Below the pieces are notes generated by a model, which saw only the letters and a program-made list of their open reading frames with translations, was not told where the DNA came from and ran no database searches. A stretch of 64,000 nt of DNA from an uncultured Anaerolineaceae bacterium (GTDB lineage: Bacteria; Chloroflexota; Anaerolineae; Anaerolineales; UBA4823), in contig CAZWFQ010000001.1 of NCBI GenBank assembly GCA_964633225.1, forward strand, positions 27,001 to 91,000. Reading direction: 5' to 3'. Both the position numbers and the translations under genes were made by a program. This document shows, in pieces, positions 18,774-26,895 of the stretch (positions are counted from its first letter, which is position 1; each line of letters begins with the position of its first letter).

Positions 18774-19660
18774 TCGAGATCCTTTTCGTAGCCCAGTTTG
18801 ATCAGCATCTCTCCAGCTACTTTCTTAAAGATGGCTTTGTGCTCATCTGTAAAGTGCTTTTGCCAGTCGCCGACTTTGCCACTGCGGAAGGTGGGTGACT
18901 TTTCGGGGATGATGTTTCTTTCAATCACATCCATCAATTGTTGGCGGCTGATTGGCAGGGTATCGACGCGCTGCAAGAAGTGGTCGGCGGCCTTGCCAAC
19001 CGCAGCCTGGCGGTCGAGAATGTAATCTTCGAAACGCTGTGCTAAAACGTTGGGTTGATCGATCCAGGCCACGTAAGGCTCAAAGCGCTGTCCGATGTCG
19101 GGGAAATCGACCGGCTTGCCATCTGGCCCCACAGCGTTGGGCAGGCCCAGGATGCTGGTGCGCAGGCGCTCTTCAAAAGTGGTCAGTACTTCAGTGTAGT
19201 ATTTGTGATGCACGTGCTCCTGGGCGCGGTCGGTGACGTAGAAGACGTGCGAGACGACCACGTCACGGGGATCGCGGTACATAAAATAAGGCAGGTAAGC
19301 TGACTGGCTGCATGCCTGTATGGCCTCGGGCCAGGTATGAAAGTGAGCCGCAGCCACATCGCCCGGACGTAGTGTTTTGAGGTAACGCACAGCATCTGAT
19401 CCGGCACGCGCTGCGCCCGTCTCTGAATCAAAAGCTGCAAAAACGTCAAATGAACGGTCAGAAAAAGGCCCCACTTGGACAAAGGCTTCAAGCACCTGGC
19501 GTAAGAGGTTGGTGCCGCTTTTGGGGAAAGAGATGCCCAGCAGCACAGGCCAGCCGTCTTTGGGTGATGCCGCCTGGCGGTACCGCCAGCCTTGTTCCAG
19601 GCGTTTCGCGTAGTATCGAAGCCAATAAGCGGTTCTAATCGCACGATCTTGAAGTTTCAT
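18767..19660 (-). CDS. sulfotransferase family protein
   Basis: 297 aa. A 5'-PSB-like loop FPKSGTNLL and a 3'-PB-like YRDPRDVVVSHVFY. C-terminal RSGKVGDWQKHF, as in PAPS-dependent sulfotransferases. Confidence 0.7.
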   Translation of the reverse strand: MKLQDRAIRTAYWLRYYAKRLEQGWRYRQAASPKDGWPVLLGISFPKSGTNLLRQVLEAFVQVGPFSDRSFDVFAAFDSETGAARAGSDAVRYLKTLRPGDVAAAHFHTWPEAIQACSQSAYLPYFMYRDPRDVVVSHVFYVTDRAQEHVHHKYYTEVLTTFEERLRTSILGLPNAVGPDGKPVDFPDIGQRFEPYVAWIDQPNVLAQRFEDYILDRQAAVGKAADHFLQRVDTLPISRQQLMDVIERNIIPEKSPTFRSGKVGDWQKHFTDEHKAIFKKVAGEMLIKLGYEKDLDW

Positions 19661-21399
19661 GAATGCCTCGCAAGGATGAATGCGGACTTGTCTTGTCCGC
19701 CAGTTTCTTCCAGCAGGCCATCCAGGATGGCTTGCATGGTGGGTGAATTTTCAGGTAAAAGCTGTTTCCAATCGAGCCCAGCTTTGAAAATGACAAAACC
19801 AGGTAGTTTCTGTGCTTCCAGGTAAGCATCAAATGGAAGTGAGGTGCGGAAAAGTTGGTAATACAACACACGCCGGGCGTTAATTTTGAATTCGGCCGGC
19901 GGGGTAATCACCTCAGCCACCAGGAAATCCTCAGCCTGTTGGCGGTGAGCCTCGGGTGTGAGCGGCAGATAGACGGTGTTAAAAGGGGTATAGCGGGCCT
20001 TGCCGGCGCACAACACGGGCGCACCCATGATGGAAGCTTCCAGGCCGATGGACGAGTTATATACCATGACGAACTTGGATCGCTGGATCATCTCGTATGA
20101 GCTGATGTATTCAGATGGCGCAACGAACATAGCATTAGGCAACTGCTTTAATCCCCGTCTTTCAGCCCAGGCCTGAACGGTCTCTTGGCTCTCTTTTTGC
20201 GGGCGCGTCTCGTCGGGATGGGCACGGACAACAAAAAGGGTTTCGGGATGAGCCCGGATCAATTCCAGAACTTGCTCCAGCCAGGCGAACATATCAGGAA
20301 AGATGGTGTTCGCATGCACCTGGCTGGTGTCAAAGATCACATTGGTGAAGACAGGAACCAACTGCTTGAATTGGGCCAGCTTATCCATAAAAGCCTGGTC
20401 CAGGCCGCGCATTTCAGGCCAGAAGCGGATGCCAGCCATGCTGAAGTTGCCGCGGAAACGTTGTTCCAGGTAAGTGTCCAGGCGAGCATTTTCGGCTTCA
20501 TCCAGCTCGTAATCGGGCGGAATATCCATGGGATAAGCAGTGGCTTCGCCAGGAGTGAAAAAAGCTGAGAAGGGGCGCATGCCAACCTCATGTGTGATGC
20601 AAGGGATGCCACGCGCTAACGCTAAGCGGCGCGCCACCGCCTCAGGGTAGAACATGCCGTTGAAAACAACCACCATGCGCGGGTTGGTACGCTCCAGGAA
20701 GGCTGTAAACTCTTTGGCAACATTGTATGCTGATAAAATGTACTGGCGCATCAAGAAACGGGTTGGCTGATTGTCTTCTAGGTTGTGACGGCGCAGGACC
20801 CAACGCAGCGAAGGGAGGACGATCTGGCCCAACGGCAGGGCTTCATCCGTTGATCCAAACGGATAATGAAAATTGGATAACTCGGAAATGCTCAAATCTC
20901 GCACAGCGGCAGCAAGCGCTGGGTTTTGGACATAATTGAACCACTCCACAGGCTGGTGCAGCATGCGGCGGGCGTGGCGTTGGCAGGCGGCACAGGGCGG
21001 CTGTTTGCGCGGCCGGTTACGATCCGTCCCAAGCACGCAGCGGCTCATACCAGCCAGGCAGTGAAAGTGAACTACCGGCTGTCCTTGCAGACGCAGTGCC
21101 AGGGAGGTCAGCAGGTGGAAGGCATTGTTCAGGTTGAGGTTCAAAATACCTGATGAAAGCTTGACGAAAGCCACCGGGCGGCCCTTGGGTTGGGGGGCTT
21201 GTTCATTGATTTGGCGGGCCAGGTCAGCGATACGCTGGCTGTTCACCCGCTCATATCTTGAGATCAAAGCGGTCGCGCGATAGCGGCGAGCGATCTCCAA
21301 TAACCGTCTATATGTTCTTACGCTTAGTTTAGCTTGCTGGTTATCCACTTCGTTCATTTGTCTGGGTTGGGGCTGGTGCAGAAACCTCGCCTGTTTCAT
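19657..21399 (-). CDS. KpsS/KpsC/TagF-like GT-B protein (capsule-synthesis-like), paralogue 1
   Basis: 580 aa. VVRAHPDE and VMVYNSSIGLEASIMGAPVL are shared with 42200..43810 and 31663..33093. N-terminal Cys cluster CLAGMSRCVLGTDRNRPRKQPPCAACQRH. An alternative ATG at 21357 shortens the overlap with the upstream gene. Confidence 0.5.
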   Translation of the reverse strand: MKQARFLHQPQPRQMNEVDNQQAKLSVRTYRRLLEIARRYRATALISRYERVNSQRIADLARQINEQAPQPKGRPVAFVKLSSGILNLNLNNAFHLLTSLALRLQGQPVVHFHCLAGMSRCVLGTDRNRPRKQPPCAACQRHARRMLHQPVEWFNYVQNPALAAAVRDLSISELSNFHYPFGSTDEALPLGQIVLPSLRWVLRRHNLEDNQPTRFLMRQYILSAYNVAKEFTAFLERTNPRMVVVFNGMFYPEAVARRLALARGIPCITHEVGMRPFSAFFTPGEATAYPMDIPPDYELDEAENARLDTYLEQRFRGNFSMAGIRFWPEMRGLDQAFMDKLAQFKQLVPVFTNVIFDTSQVHANTIFPDMFAWLEQVLELIRAHPETLFVVRAHPDETRPQKESQETVQAWAERRGLKQLPNAMFVAPSEYISSYEMIQRSKFVMVYNSSIGLEASIMGAPVLCAGKARYTPFNTVYLPLTPEAHRQQAEDFLVAEVITPPAEFKINARRVLYYQLFRTSLPFDAYLEAQKLPGFVIFKAGLDWKQLLPENSPTMQAILDGLLEETGGQDKSAFILARHS

Positions 21400-22273
21400 C
21401 GCCTACCACGCGTCGCAGCTTGCGCAGTGAAGACATTTCGCTATCGTACACCCGTTTTACACCATCGCCAACGGCCTGCTCGGTTACTCGGATGTATTTG
21501 ACCAGCCGCTCAACCCCGCCTGGCTCCACCGATGCTGCCTGGTCACCACCCCACATGGCCCGGTCAAGGGTCACATGGCGCTCAACCATGCAGGCGCCCA
21601 TGGCAACCGACACCACGGTCGGGATCAGGCCGACTTCATGACCTGAGTAGCCGATCGGGCAGCTAAACGTGTCTCGCAGGGTGCGGATGACCGATAGGTT
21701 CAGTTCTTCTGGCTCGCAGGGATAAGTGCTGGTAGCGTGGGTAATGATCAGGTTTTCTTCTCCCACAACCCCTACTGCCGCCCTGATTTGTTCCATGGTG
21801 GACATACCGGTTGATACGATCATGGGGCGGCCTGTCTTACGTACGTAGCGCAGCAGTTTGTGATCGGTCAGTGAAGCAGACGGGATCTTGTAGCAAATGG
21901 GGTTAAATGCCTCCAGGAAATCAACGGCGGCCTCATCCCACACAGAGGCAAACCAGGGTATGCCCTTGAACTTGCAGTATTCGTCGATTGTACGGTACTG
22001 GGCTTCGTCAAATTCAACCTTATACCGGTAATCCAGGTACGTGATATACCCCCAGGGGGTCTCGCGCATGATACTTTGTTGTTCGGGGGGCACGCACAAA
22101 TGGGGGGTTCGCTTCTGGAATTTTACGGCATCCACACCGAACTTGGCCGCCATATCGATCAAGCCCTGGGCAATTTCGACGCTGCCATTGTGGTTGATGC
22201 CGATCTCGGCGACAATATACGTAGGGTGTCCATCGCCAACTTTACGATTTCCAATGGTGATTTCGCGGGTCAT
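21341..22273 (-). CDS. NeuB-family (sialic/ulosonic acid) synthase without recognisable SAF domain
   Basis: 310 aa. IGNRKVGDGHPTYIVAEIGINHNGSVEIA, DAVKFQKR, MIVSTGMST and GYSGHEVG. The protein ends ~50 aa after the TIM-barrel core, so the C-terminal SAF/antifreeze-like domain of canonical NeuB appears to be absent. Confidence 0.75.
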   Translation of the reverse strand: MTREITIGNRKVGDGHPTYIVAEIGINHNGSVEIAQGLIDMAAKFGVDAVKFQKRTPHLCVPPEQQSIMRETPWGYITYLDYRYKVEFDEAQYRTIDEYCKFKGIPWFASVWDEAAVDFLEAFNPICYKIPSASLTDHKLLRYVRKTGRPMIVSTGMSTMEQIRAAVGVVGEENLIITHATSTYPCEPEELNLSVIRTLRDTFSCPIGYSGHEVGLIPTVVSVAMGACMVERHVTLDRAMWGGDQAASVEPGGVERLVKYIRVTEQAVGDGVKRVYDSEMSSLRKLRRVVGDETGEVSAPAPTQTNERSG

Positions 22274-22300
22274 AGGGTCTCCTGTTGGAATAAATTAACA

Positions 22301-22330
22301 TTTATAGAGTGAGGATTTCATCGCAGTCAT
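22301..22330 (-). promoter_or_regulatory. weak candidate promoter upstream of the SAF-less neuB-like gene
   Basis: The minus strand reads ATGACT (comp. 22325-22330), an 18-nt spacer, then TATAAA (comp. 22301-22306). It lies in an AT-rich 97-bp gap, with GGAG 5 nt before the ATG at 22273. Confidence 0.3.
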
Positions 22331-22370
22331 GTACAACTTGGGGGTGGGTCAATAAATCGCAGGGTCTCAC

Positions 22371-23693
22371 TTAATGTGAGGCGCAAAGCAGGTCGCATAG
22401 TTCGCGCACCGCGCCGTGACCGCCCGGATACGACAGCACCATGTCGGCCTGGTCGAAGGCCGCCGGGTGGGCGTCTGCTACCACGACCGCGCAGCCCACC
22501 AGAGGAAAGCAGGGCACATCGTTGATATCATTGCCCAGGTACACCACCTGGGCAGGATCTATCTGGCGTTCAGCCAAGAGCTGGCTCAAAGCCGCAGCCT
22601 TGTCTTTGATGCCTTGTTGGATGGGCAACTCCAGCTTGCGGCAGCGAGCCGCTACAACCGGATTCTCTTCGGTTGAGAGCACCACAGCAGGGATGCCCGC
22701 CTTGCGCAGCATAGCAATCCCCATCCCATCGCGGCGGTTGGCTGCCACCATCTCGTGCCCATCCTGATCCACCCACACCCGGTCATCGGTCATCACACCG
22801 TCAAAGTCGAAGACTACCAGGGCGGGATGCTCGGGGATGGGCCGGGGGAAGGCTTTTGGACGCGAGCGGATGTCTTCTGGCAGGCCAACGACATCCATTG
22901 GGCAGGCATCTTCTTCAATCGGTCCTGGTTCGTTCTCGCCGGCCAGCGTAGGGCGTACCATGGGCAGCTCGCCTCCTTCGGATGCAAAGAGACCCTTGGT
23001 GATCAGCCACTCTGCGCGTTCCCAATCGCGCAGTGTATCAATATCAATCGTATAGTGGGGATCTATGTGCAATGGCAGGATGATGTTCCCGCTGAGAGAT
23101 GCCTTTTCCAGAATGGTGCGGCTGCGAATGGCGTCAATGTGCCCAGTCTGCCAGTAGGTTTGGGGCAGGGCCTGGCGTGGGGCGTTGTAGGGTTCGTCCA
23201 GTCCAGGTACGGTCAACAGGGGGCGCATTTGGCCGCCTTCGTCAACCTGCCACATTTTGAAAGGGTTTTGCCCCGATGGAACAATGCCGCGCACGGAATC
23301 GGCTGCCGGATGGTCAATCAGCATCTGCACAGCCTGGTCCACGCAGTTGGGCGGGCGGATAGGCGAGGTGGGGCGCAGTTGGACCACAATATCTGGCACG
23401 TAACCTTCATGTTCTTTCAGCCAGCCCAAAGCATGGGTAAAGACGGGAAAATCGGTGGTGGTGTCTTGCGCAAATTCGGCCGGGCGCAAGAAGGGCGTCT
23501 CGGCGCCGCAAGAGCGGGCCACTTCGGCAATCTCTTCATCGTCGGTTGAGACGATGGTGCGTGTTATCAGGGCCGATTGCAAGCCCGCGGCGATGCTGTA
23601 AGCGATCAGGGGGTGCCCGGCGAGCAGGCGGATATTTTTGCGCGGAATGCTCTTAGAGCCGCCGCGGGCAGGGACCAGGGCAAGTATGTTCAT
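22371..23693 (-). CDS. bifunctional CMP-sugar cytidylyltransferase (NeuA-like) / KdsC-type HAD phosphatase fusion
   Basis: The track ORF extends to 23903. The ATG at 23693 makes an ATGA overlap and gives MNILALVPARGGSKSIPRKNIRLLAGHPLIAYSI (CTP_transf_3). A ~70-aa linker follows, then ALVVFDFDGVMTDDRVWVDQDGHEMVAANRRDGMGI..KDKAAAL..YLGNDINDVPCF (HAD motifs I-IV of the KdsC/YrbI type). Confidence 0.75.
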   Translation of the reverse strand: MNILALVPARGGSKSIPRKNIRLLAGHPLIAYSIAAGLQSALITRTIVSTDDEEIAEVARSCGAETPFLRPAEFAQDTTTDFPVFTHALGWLKEHEGYVPDIVVQLRPTSPIRPPNCVDQAVQMLIDHPAADSVRGIVPSGQNPFKMWQVDEGGQMRPLLTVPGLDEPYNAPRQALPQTYWQTGHIDAIRSRTILEKASLSGNIILPLHIDPHYTIDIDTLRDWERAEWLITKGLFASEGGELPMVRPTLAGENEPGPIEEDACPMDVVGLPEDIRSRPKAFPRPIPEHPALVVFDFDGVMTDDRVWVDQDGHEMVAANRRDGMGIAMLRKAGIPAVVLSTEENPVVAARCRKLELPIQQGIKDKAAALSQLLAERQIDPAQVVYLGNDINDVPCFPLVGCAVVVADAHPAAFDQADMVLSYPGGHGAVRELCDLLCASH

Positions 23694-24328
23694 CGGTGAC
23701 CGTTCGTTTTCAAAGGGATCTTGGCCAAAAGTTGATAGCCAATTGTGGTTTTCTTGCTTGTGCTGCCCCCTGGCTTTTGGATCAGCCGAGAAACAGAGAG
23801 CAGGCGTGGGGTAAAGAGCGGGTAGGGCTGTTCCAACAGGCGAGGTTCCTCCTGCTCTGGGGTAAAAATGCCTTCCAGGGCGGTGATCAAAGTGGAAACC
23901 CATCCTGCCGGGTAGAGCATGGTGACGCCTTCTCCCTGGATGGCATGTTCCAGGGCAGCAGCAAAGCGGCGCTGATGCTCATCTGTGGCAAGCTCTTGGG
24001 TATCCTGGGTATCCCATTTCAAGATGTACCCCTGGCGGTAGTTGGAGTAGAGCGGGGTCAGCGCTGCTGCCGTTAGGGTGCTCAAGGAGACCGGTACGCG
24101 CTGGCAGAAGGCATGCAGCCGTTCGACCAATCCATCCAGCGCCTGTGAGCTGTCGACCTCCAGGCGCTGGCAGGTTTGGTGGACGGGCAGCACGGCGCGG
24201 CCATCATAAATCTGCTGCAAGTCCGACTGCCGCTGCTGCATGGCATTGATCTCGGCGGGGTCATCTGATTCGAGCAAGATGCAGATATCGCCCGGGATGC
24301 TCGGCCGGGCATAGTTTGGCTGTATCAC
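23690..24328 (-). CDS. hypothetical protein (no family recognised)
   Basis: The track ORF starts at GTG 24340. A second GTG at 24328 forms a GTGA overlap with the upstream stop. The stop makes an ATGA overlap with the NeuA-HAD gene. I recognise no motif. PVHQTC loosely recalls 2H-phosphoesterase HxT, but the second motif is missing. Confidence 0.5.
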   Translation of the reverse strand: MIQPNYARPSIPGDICILLESDDPAEINAMQQRQSDLQQIYDGRAVLPVHQTCQRLEVDSSQALDGLVERLHAFCQRVPVSLSTLTAAALTPLYSNYRQGYILKWDTQDTQELATDEHQRRFAAALEHAIQGEGVTMLYPAGWVSTLITALEGIFTPEQEEPRLLEQPYPLFTPRLLSVSRLIQKPGGSTSKKTTIGYQLLAKIPLKTNGHR

Positions 24329-25182
24329 CAGGCAGTCCACCCGCCGTCAACAACCACGTTATTGCCGGTCATATAGGAGGATGCATCTGATGCCAGGAAG
24401 AGCAGGGCGCCATTCATTTCGTCTTGCTTGGCCATGCGGCCCATCACGGTACGGGCTGAATAGGCCTTGAGGAAGACCTCATCGTGGTCATTGAACACGC
24501 CCCCAGGGGTCAGACAATTGACGCGCAGGTCGGTGCCGGCGTAATAGGTCGCCAGGTAGCGGGTCAGGCCAAGCACGCCGGCTTTGGTGACCGAGTAATA
24601 GATGGGCTTGAAGGCGGTCTGCTGCCCGTCGCGCTGGTAAAGGCGTTGGTCGGGGGCCACCAGGCCATACGTGGAGCAGATATTGATGATCGAACCTTTC
24701 TTCCCCTGGGCCAGCATCGGGCGGACGGCAGCCTGGCAGCACAGGAACATGCCGGTCAGGTTGACATCCAGGGCAGATTTCCAGGCCTCAAGCGGGTAAT
24801 CTTCAAAAGCGCCCGAAATGGCGCCGCGCTTGGCCATCTCTGCCAGTGCCGCGGGGTCGAACTTGGGATCGAGGGCTGCGCTGTTGACCAGGATATCCAG
24901 GCGGCCGAAGCTGCTTAGTGCCGTCTCGACCATGGTCTGGGTCGATTCGGGCCGGGTGACATCTGTCGGCGCGGCCACAGCCTGGTAGCCATCCTGGCGC
25001 AGGGTCGCGGCAACGGCTTCGCAAGCGGCGGCATTGATATCTGCCACCACAACCGCGGCCCCGGCCTCTGCCAGGCTGCGGCAGAACTGCTTGCCCAGCA
25101 GGCCCGGCCCGCCAGTGACGATGGCGACGCGCCCAGTGAGATCGAATTTTGAAAGAACGGTTGGTTGAGAAGCGATAGACAT
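24325..25182 (-). CDS. short-chain dehydrogenase/reductase
   Basis: The ATG at 25182 (MSIASQPTVLSKFDLTGRVAIVTGGPGLLGKQF) is preceded by GGAG 5 nt upstream. NSAA and YSVTKAGVLGLTR (YxxxK) are present. The track start at 25218 is less likely. Confidence 0.8.
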   Translation of the reverse strand: MSIASQPTVLSKFDLTGRVAIVTGGPGLLGKQFCRSLAEAGAAVVVADINAAACEAVAATLRQDGYQAVAAPTDVTRPESTQTMVETALSSFGRLDILVNSAALDPKFDPAALAEMAKRGAISGAFEDYPLEAWKSALDVNLTGMFLCCQAAVRPMLAQGKKGSIINICSTYGLVAPDQRLYQRDGQQTAFKPIYYSVTKAGVLGLTRYLATYYAGTDLRVNCLTPGGVFNDHDEVFLKAYSARTVMGRMAKQDEMNGALLFLASDASSYMTGNNVVVDGGWTAW

Positions 25183-25229
25183 GAAAACTCCAGAATTTTT
25201 GTGGTGTTCGACACTCATCGCGAGCGAGG

Positions 25230-25259
25230 ATTATATCCTAAGACCTGCCTGGTGAGCAA
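25230..25259 (-). promoter_or_regulatory. candidate sigma70-like promoter upstream of SDR gene 24325..25182
   Basis: The minus strand reads TTGCTC (comp. 25254-25259), an 18-nt spacer, then TATAAT (comp. 25230-25235). It lies in a ~100-bp intergenic gap, with a GGAG Shine-Dalgarno 5 nt before the ATG at 25182. Confidence 0.4.
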
Positions 25260-25284
25260 AGGAAGGCGGCGGTGTGTGCACGGG

Positions 25285-26895
25285 TCATGGCAAGCGGCCA
25301 AAGATGATCACGTTGCCATAGTTAGCGAACAACGGCATGCCAGTTGAAATTTCATCGTAGGTCGCCATATCTGCGGGCTCCTGGCTGTTGTGCAGGTCAA
25401 ATAGCACCAACACGGCCTGGCCCTCCAGCAGCCGTGCTTGCATTTGTACCAGGTCGCTGGCAAAGTTGGTCCTGGCCTGGGTCGTGACCGCATCCATGGG
25501 GGTTGGCAAGACATAAGCCGATTTGCCGGTCAGCAGGAAGATTGCCCCGGGCTTGTCGGAATAGATCAGCATTGTTGACGGCAGGTCACGCACGACCTGG
25601 ATAGCGGGCGAGGCTTGCCATCCCTGGTGAGCAAACCCCCGGGCCTCCAGCCTCAGATCACGCACTGCCGTCACGCCGTCCCATACGCTGGCAAGGACCA
25701 GCCCGGTGCACAACAAGGCCAGTACCCATTTGACAGCTGCCGCTCGTTGGCCAAGATTTTGCCACAACCAGGCCAGCCCACTGGCAAATAGAATGATCTC
25801 TGGCACATATGCCACAGCAAGAATGCGGTCGTTCAAAGGTGTGGTGGCGTCGAAAAGGCTGATCGACAAAACCAGAAAACCCAGGTAGGTGAGGATGTGG
25901 GCTGCCAACACAAATGCCAGGGCCAGGCTGCCCGTCGATGGCTGTACTGCCGGGCGGCCGCGCCATTGGTGCCATATCACCCAGCCCAGCCAGGCCAAGA
26001 TGCCGGGGACAACGATCAATGCTAGCAGGCTGAACAGCCATCCCCACAGCCGGTGGGCGGCCAACAGATCATCTGGGGCCAGCCAGGTGAGCAGGTTTTT
26101 GATTCCTTCCAACAGGGTTGCCAGGGGAATAGGGTGCCAGTTGAACTGGCGGTTGCCGAGCGAACTGACCTGGCTAAGCCTCAGGTTATAGCCCATCCAG
26201 GCGAGCAGTGGCAGCAGCATACCTGCTACGAGCAAGGCCACGGCCCGCAGTGGGTTGGCACGCAGGGATATCCGGCCAGGAATAGAAGGCCAGCCTTCCA
26301 TTTTCAGCAGAGTGAACGTCAGCAGAATGGGGATGACCAGGCTGGCTCCGGCATAACGCGTCAAGATGGTCAGGCTGAGCAAAATGCCCGTCAAGAGCGG
26401 CCAACCCCAGTGCCGGCGCTCAAAACTCTGTGCCATGGCCAGGCAGGTTGCCAGCAAAAGCGTTAAAAACAGCGGCTCACTCATCAGCATGGCATAAACG
26501 CCCAGGTGCACATCTGAAACAGCCAGCAGCACTGCCCCTAATAAGGCAAAAGGTCGCGAGCCGCAGATCTTATCAATGCTCAATCCTACCAGGATGATGT
26601 CAATGCCAAACAGCAAGCTGATTGCCAGACGGCCACCCGCCAGCAGATCTGCCCCTGCTGCGCCCAGTGCTGCCAGGAGCAGAGAAAAAAGCGGTGGAAA
26701 GTGGGTGATGGGCTTTAGTTCGCCGCCGCCCGAAGTACGGACATAGCCATTGCCCGCCAGCAGGTTGGAAGCACCTTCAACGTAAGTGGCAGAGTCATTG
26801 ACCAACCCAAACCCATAGGGAGAACTGTACCATAAGGTCCAGGCGCCGATGCCGGCAACGATGAAGAGCGCAAGCAGAAATAACTTGTATTTCAT
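25285..26895 (-). CDS. polytopic membrane protein, GT-C (ArnT/PMT-like) glycosyltransferase candidate
   Basis: The ATG at 26895 makes an ATGA overlap. More than 10 hydrophobic segments. First-loop motif NDSATYVEGASNLLAGNGY is paralogous to SDSTEYIVSARTLLAGDGLG in 28901..30595. C-terminal ~130 aa are soluble-looking. Confidence 0.55.
   Translation of the reverse strand: MKYKLFLLALFIVAGIGAWTLWYSSPYGFGLVNDSATYVEGASNLLAGNGYVRTSGGGELKPITHFPPLFSLLLAALGAAGADLLAGGRLAISLLFGIDIILVGLSIDKICGSRPFALLGAVLLAVSDVHLGVYAMLMSEPLFLTLLLATCLAMAQSFERRHWGWPLLTGILLSLTILTRYAGASLVIPILLTFTLLKMEGWPSIPGRISLRANPLRAVALLVAGMLLPLLAWMGYNLRLSQVSSLGNRQFNWHPIPLATLLEGIKNLLTWLAPDDLLAAHRLWGWLFSLLALIVVPGILAWLGWVIWHQWRGRPAVQPSTGSLALAFVLAAHILTYLGFLVLSISLFDATTPLNDRILAVAYVPEIILFASGLAWLWQNLGQRAAAVKWVLALLCTGLVLASVWDGVTAVRDLRLEARGFAHQGWQASPAIQVVRDLPSTMLIYSDKPGAIFLLTGKSAYVLPTPMDAVTTQARTNFASDLVQMQARLLEGQAVLVLFDLHNSQEPADMATYDEISTGMPLFANYGNVIIFGRLP

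Noticed and set aside
21341-21399. 59-nt overlap between the neuB-like gene and the KpsS-like gene as evidence of a frameshift or pseudogene
   Set aside because: An in-frame ATG at 21357 reduces the overlap to 17 nt. Both proteins have intact conserved cores, and nothing requires a frameshift.
22371-23903. N-terminal extensions of track ORFs (also 17119..17922, 39714..40862, 52294..54258, 28901..30706, 11372..12790, 35014..35955, 47991..48593)
   Set aside because: The extensions overlap the upstream gene or cover promoter or repeat DNA. Internal ATGs reproduce canonical family N-termini and often give ATGA stop/start overlaps.
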